This document shows positions 59,801 to 63,914 of a stretch of DNA of 63,914 nucleotides, one piece after another. The position numbers and the translations under genes are program-made. How positions within the stretch are numbered: position 1 is the stretch's first letter; the number at the start of each line of letters is the position of its first letter. The notes beneath the pieces were generated by a model. It searched no databases. It was not told where the DNA came from and worked only from the letters and a program-made list of their open reading frames with translations. This DNA comes from Ylistrum balloti (lineage: Eukaryota), in NCBI RefSeq assembly GCF_031769215.1, contig NW_026782496.1, positions 620,001-683,914 on the forward strand, in the 5' to 3' direction.

Positions 59801-61863
59801 AAATGAATAATAAAACATAAAAAAACACCAACATGGCATCATAATCATAATCCAAACTCAAATTCCATAAAACCAAAACAAAATATGAACAAAAGAATGA
59901 TCTATACGGGGACTCCTGAAAAAGTACAAGGAGAATAAGATAAGATGTTCGAGAGGAGAGAGAGTCTTCTGCTTCACCGACGAAACCACTTAAACCCTCC
60001 ACCCCCTACACCACCCCCCTCTCCCAACCCCCCCTTATATAAAGCTTGGTCAACCCAGGTAGTAAATAATGTCACGTTCTCAAAGGAGAACAACAATGTA
60101 TACAACAAGGGAAAGACAAATAATCGATCATCAAACACGTTCAGCGTAGTATCACACAAAGATTAGTTGACGAATATCATGATAATGGGAACAGACCCTT
60201 GTTAGTTGTGAATGGTAGTAAAGCGTTATACATTAATTTGTTTGCTAAGACCCTTATGTTAATATTGTAAAAGGTAGTGTTAGATAAAGCCTTTGAGTTA
60301 CCAGTGCAAGCTAATTATCACGGATCCGATTTCTGCCTAGTGTTTTCTGTTCTACCCCATAATAATATAAACCGATTTGTTATTTGTTATCCTAAGCTAC
60401 ATTATAAAGTGGATATCGTCAGATACCGTCAGCGAGAACGGTTTCCTCTGACTTAGTTTATTGAATTTGACGTTCATCTAGCGTGCAGACGAGGAATATT
60501 CCTTGTGGGCATACATAAAAGTGCTTGACACAGAAGATTATTTATTAGCGTAAAAAGCTATCACGAGTGTCGCCTAATTCAGTCTTGCGTTTGTATCCTT
60601 GAGTATTGTCTAGTTAACTGGCTCGTTTGTAACCGTGTCTGTCGTCTAATTCAATTTCGCGTGTGAAAGAAACAAGATGAGTGTCATATCTTCGAAAACA
60701 CGCAAACGGAACTGTATAAACATATCATGACTAATGGGGCCATATGTTATAGAAAAATCGACAGGTTAACTTATGAATAATTATACATATACATACTTGG
60801 AATGTTTGCAATACGAGTATTGAAGCAATTTCCATTGTAACGTTCTCTGAGACAAAAGCTGCAGTTACAGTTCGTTCGGAATTATCGGAGACATCTAAGA
60901 TGTTGCACATTAGGTATTCTACAGCTAGTTTGATTACACAGTCATCACATAGATCTCCACTTTCTTCAGCAGTTGCTGCAAAGGAGGATGCAGATGTTTG
61001 TGTTGTGTCACTGGAATCCGTATTGTCGCTCGATACCCGAGTATCTGTTTCTGAAGCAGTTATGTCACGGTTACCTCCGCAGTCAACATCTCCGAAATGA
61101 TATGCTGCACTAGTTGATCGCTATAAGGGAAGGGGGAAAGATAGGTTTATATATCAATTCACAGCACATATTTATATAGGTGCTAGTGTCTTTGAAAACT
61201 ATAACTGTTTCGTTTGAGAAGGTGTCAAAATAGGTATATTCAAGGTTTCTTAACGACGTCACACTTTCAAGAGATAAAATTATTTGAAAGTATTGCATTG
61301 GATTTACTTTCAGAGTGGAATTAATCCATACGGTCTGCAATTCACAAAAAAGTAGAAAGTTGAAATCTAATCTGAAAATATAACGGAGGAAGAACAGAAA
61401 CCCTAGCAACAAATAATCCAAGAATCCATTTAAACAGCGTTTCTTTGGTTTACTAGTCTAGTTGTTCGTTCAAACTTTCATTTTCCGCTCTGTATATGAC
61501 TTTCAAACTGCGGTACGATACATAAATTAACGTATATTAAATTACTAGTTGAACGAACCTACTTAAAATTACTTACCTCTCCCGATGATGTTTGCCTAGG
61601 TCGGTACACTCCTTTTGTCATTGTTAAAGAGTCGTCCTGATATTCCAGATATGCATCTATAATTATCACAGACCTGTCGGAGATTGTCAGAAGATTAATA
61701 GATGCATTCGAAGTAAGCCCCCGTGGGATATGCAATTCCTTTACTATTGTTTTTATTCTTCCAGGGTAGACATATGGATCCGTGAGCTCAGTGCAAAATT
61801 TGTATTGCGAGCAGTTTTGTTGATCAACTCTGACACAATTCCCATAGACAATACCTGGAAACC
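44812..61863 (-). CDS. Uncharacterised large extracellular-type protein with tandem ~150-aa beta-rich repeats and a C-terminal Cys-rich module; 5' incomplete, ~900 aa reconstructed
   Basis: Phase-consistent GT-AG chain 61863-61577, 61334-61163, (61104 or 61120)-60797, 59375-59078, 58789-58611, 54136-53702, 53247-53015, 50908-50683, 46822-46708, 45955-45717, 45027-44812. Repeating pattern [ILF]-x-I-[CT]-x3-[VI]-x2-[VI]-G...[DH]-F-G (LRIITARVDSVGEH...IDFGYIPNKG; FAICSFEIDHIGTN; YHFGDVDCGG); roughly 15 or more NxS/T sequons; ends LDQDLNTCF...IEC...C...C...CDFEC...C...WRLCELT. One junction (61163/61104) is unresolved. Confidence 0.72.
48327..48860 (+). mobile_element. Degenerate Penelope-like retroelement: RT C-terminal (thumb/HTH) remnant plus 3' tail
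   Basis: Translation KLYDKDDDFKFPIANFPFLDINIPSSPTYGVNVSQSIRYLTACS matches the LYDKRDDF-x-F-x-I-x-NFPFL...YGVY-x-SQLIRY motif of invertebrate Penelope-like RTs; followed by a CTTCCGGAACACC...T-rich tail. Confidence 0.75.
49690..49850 (+). mobile_element. Degenerate reverse-transcriptase core fragment (Penelope-like)
   Basis: Frameshifted QTIVIPTGTHFAPTVA (cf. GIPMGT-x-CAP-x-LA) and FRYIDEVVSL (cf. FRYIDD). Confidence 0.6.
54335..57657 (-). mobile_element. Internally deleted Academ-type (XPG-domain) DNA transposon with ~400-bp imperfect TIRs, intronic
   Basis: Left 54335-~54725 (CCATGTTGACACCATCTGGCCGTTGGGTCTTTTGGGCGTGGCGCCATTGT...) is the reverse complement of right ~57237-57657 (...ACAATGGTGCCACACCCAAAAGCCCCAACGGCCAGATGGTAAACATGG). 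A broken transposase ORF lies between. TSD not identified. Confidence 0.8.
55087..56710 (-). pseudogene. Disrupted Academ-like transposase remnant (XPG/PIN-like and H3TH motifs)
   Basis: Fragments in several frames: HRKCYQRYTN (N-terminal), DTYKDMSFKSFERKRRG, DWKSFMGNDDNKTQL, STQEEADTRIILH, VRSPDTDVLVLLL, LPSFHCLTDCETTSAF, LFPPYKDSLDMHVRSVSYRACIW, acidic tail. Frameshifts and stops present; the central DDE region appears deleted. Confidence 0.75.
59780..60165 (-). mobile_element. 3' tail fragment of the same Penelope-like family
   Basis: TATACGGGGACTCCTGAAAAAGTACAAGGAGAATAAG and AACAATGTATACAAC...CATCAAACACG match 20772-21030 directly and 48590-48790 in reverse. Confidence 0.5.
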
Positions 61864-62504
61864 CTTGAACAAAATAATTAATAGAACATTTAATATTTGG
61901 GCTACCAGAAGCTTAAACGACAGTTACTATTATGATGCTGAGTTGTGTTTATGTTGCGAACATCCCTTGTTGTAAATGTTGACGACCTCAGTGAAAAATA
62001 TATGAGAGGCACGTCACACGGACAGTCGCGTCAGTACATAGTGGTCAGTTTCTCCTGAGAAGCACAAAAATCTACATGAAGTTAAGTAGGCCAGCTCTCT
62101 AATCGACAGAACTATCTTGGTTAAGAATTCCAGATAATACTAATTGTGATAATTTCTGGAAGGGTACAATGTCGGAGTCTGTTTTCAATTTACATTTTGC
62201 CAGTTAATTAACCACATACTTTATCCAGAAATGAAACATGATCAGAATAGGGAAGCGTTGTAACAAGACAGAACTACTTCAACAAATCCATTGGAAAAAA
62301 CTGACAGTATAAATTGGGAAAAGAAGCAATACAATATTGTGTGGACGGATCCTATAACCTGGAGGAGTATCATCTAAAATGTAGTGTATTGATTGATAAA
62401 TCTTTGAAATTTTCATCTTACATTCTGCAAGCAATAATCAAGGAAAATAGTTTTGATTCCTTACACTTCAATCAAAGCACTAGTCTGTCCGCATGTTCAT
62501 TATG

Positions 62505-63365
62505 CATCGAGGTATGTTCTCGACTGATCAAGGGGAGGTATGGGTAGCGAGGTATATTCTCGACTTATCAAGGAGAGGAATGGGTGCGAGGTATGTTCTC
62601 GACCGATCAAGGATAGGTATAGGAAGCGAGGCATGTTCTAGAATTACCAAGGAGAGGTATAGGTAGAGAGGTATGTTCTCGATTTACCAAGGAGAGGTAT
62701 GGGTAGCGATGTATGTTTTAGAATTATCAAGGAGAGGTATGGGTAGCGAGGCATGTTTTGACTTATCAAGGAGAATTATAGGCAGCGAGGTATGTTCTCG
62801 ACTTATCAAGGAGAGGTATAGGTAGAGAGGTGTGTTTTTGACTTACCAAGGAGAGGTATGGTAGTGAGGTATTTTCTAGAATTACCAAGGAGAGGTATAG
62901 GTAGAGAGATATGTTTTACAATTATGAAGGAGAGGTATGGGTAGCGAGGTATCTTCTCGACTTATCAAGGAGAGGTATAGGTAGCGAGGTATGTTCTCGA
63001 CTTATCAAGGAGAGGTATGGGTAGCGAGATATGTTCGCGACGTATCAAGGAGAGGTATAGGTAGAGAGGTATATTCTCGACTTATCAAGGAGAGGTATGG
63101 GTAGCGAGGTATATTCTCGACTTATCAAGGAGAGGTATGGGTAGCGAGGTATATTCTCGACTTATCAAGGAGAGGTATGGGTAGCGAGGTATATTCTCGA
63201 CTTATCAAGGGAGGTATGGCTAGCGAGGTATATTCTCGACTTATCAAGGAGAGGTATGGGTAGCGAGGTATCTTCTTTACTTATCAAGGACTGGTATAGG
63301 TAGCGATGTATCTTTTTTATTTACCAAGGAGAGGTATGGGTAGCGAGGTATGTTCCCCGACTTTT
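62505..63365. repeat. 40-bp minisatellite (GAGGTATATTCTCGACTTATCAAGGAGAGGTATGGGTAGC), ~21 copies
   Basis: Period checked (GTAG at 63061 and 63101); two related ~20-bp halves. Confidence 0.96.
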
Positions 63366-63369
63366 CAAG

Positions 63370-63466
63370 TGTGAATTCACTATGTTCACATGATCCGGTT
63401 AATGTAACTGATGTTTTGATGTTTCCAACATTATAGAAAGGAAAATTTGCATGACAAATATACTCA
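63370..63466 (-). CDS. Candidate upstream exon of the repeat-domain gene
   Basis: Acceptor TTTTACAG, then open frame EYICHANFPFYNVGNIKTSVTLTGSCEH; donor unclear because the frame runs into the 40-bp array. Confidence 0.3.
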
Positions 63467-63914
63467 CTGTAAAACATCGATTAAAGAGTTCATTAAAGAT
63501 TCATTACTGTTAACGTTTATGTCTGGGTAATCGATAACGATTCCATTTAGGTTATTCTCGATTTCGACAGAAATTAATTCAACATTTCCTCGCCTGATAT
63601 TCGAACATACATGTATCTTCATGTAAAACAATGCTACCATGGAAAAGCATTAAAATGAAAAAAAAGTATATATAGATAAAAAAAAATAAAGTGAAGGGTT
63701 CGTCTTTATTAACAGAATTGTCCTGTATCATTTCAAATTACATATTTATCCATATGTTACAAAAAACAAGACAGCAAAGCAATATCAGAATGCATGTAGG
63801 TAATAGCAACACTGCAGACAAGAATTGTCAAACACTGAAGTCCTTCCTCCGAATGTTTGTTTAAACAATGCATACACGAGGTGTGAAAACTGCATCATAC
63901 ACAAACAGAAACAG

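Noticed and set aside
60250-60500. Exon-like frame MNVKFNKLSQRKPFSLTVSDDIHFIM*LRIT... with three in-frame TAG
   Set aside because: The flanking exons (60797 to 59375) join in phase without it, and stops are expected in AT-rich introns; no basis for readthrough or recoding.
14356-63365. 31-, 40-, 50- and 52-bp repeats as possible CRISPR arrays
   Set aside because: Units are directly adjacent with no unique spacers, there are no cas genes, and the context is eukaryotic.

Overview
AT-rich, intron-containing animal genomic DNA. The repeat landscape suggests a bivalve mollusc (oyster-like); that is inferred, not proven. There is one 129-nt assembly gap. Splicing GT-AG exons by hand, with phases checked, gives seven protein-coding genes, all on the minus strand: (1) a GhrA-like D-2-hydroxyacid dehydrogenase running off the left edge, with a tRNA-Ile(AAT) in intron 1; (2-4) three tandem 3-exon DUF1772/anthrone-oxygenase-like genes; (5-6) two tandem 9-exon ADP-ribosylglycohydrolase (DraG/Tri1/ARH-like) genes with divergent repeat-containing N-termini; (7) a large uncharacterised gene, ~900 aa or more and 5'-incomplete, encoding a sequon-rich protein of beta-rich repeats with a Cys-rich C-terminal module. 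The rest is an internally deleted Academ-type DNA transposon with ~400-bp TIRs, Penelope-like retroelement debris, HINE-like non-autonomous elements, and several mini/satellites (14/28, 31, 31+52, 40 and 50 bp). The 50-bp array is built from the last 16 codons of gene 7. No CRISPR or prokaryotic features. Family names rest on motif recognition only; no database search was possible.
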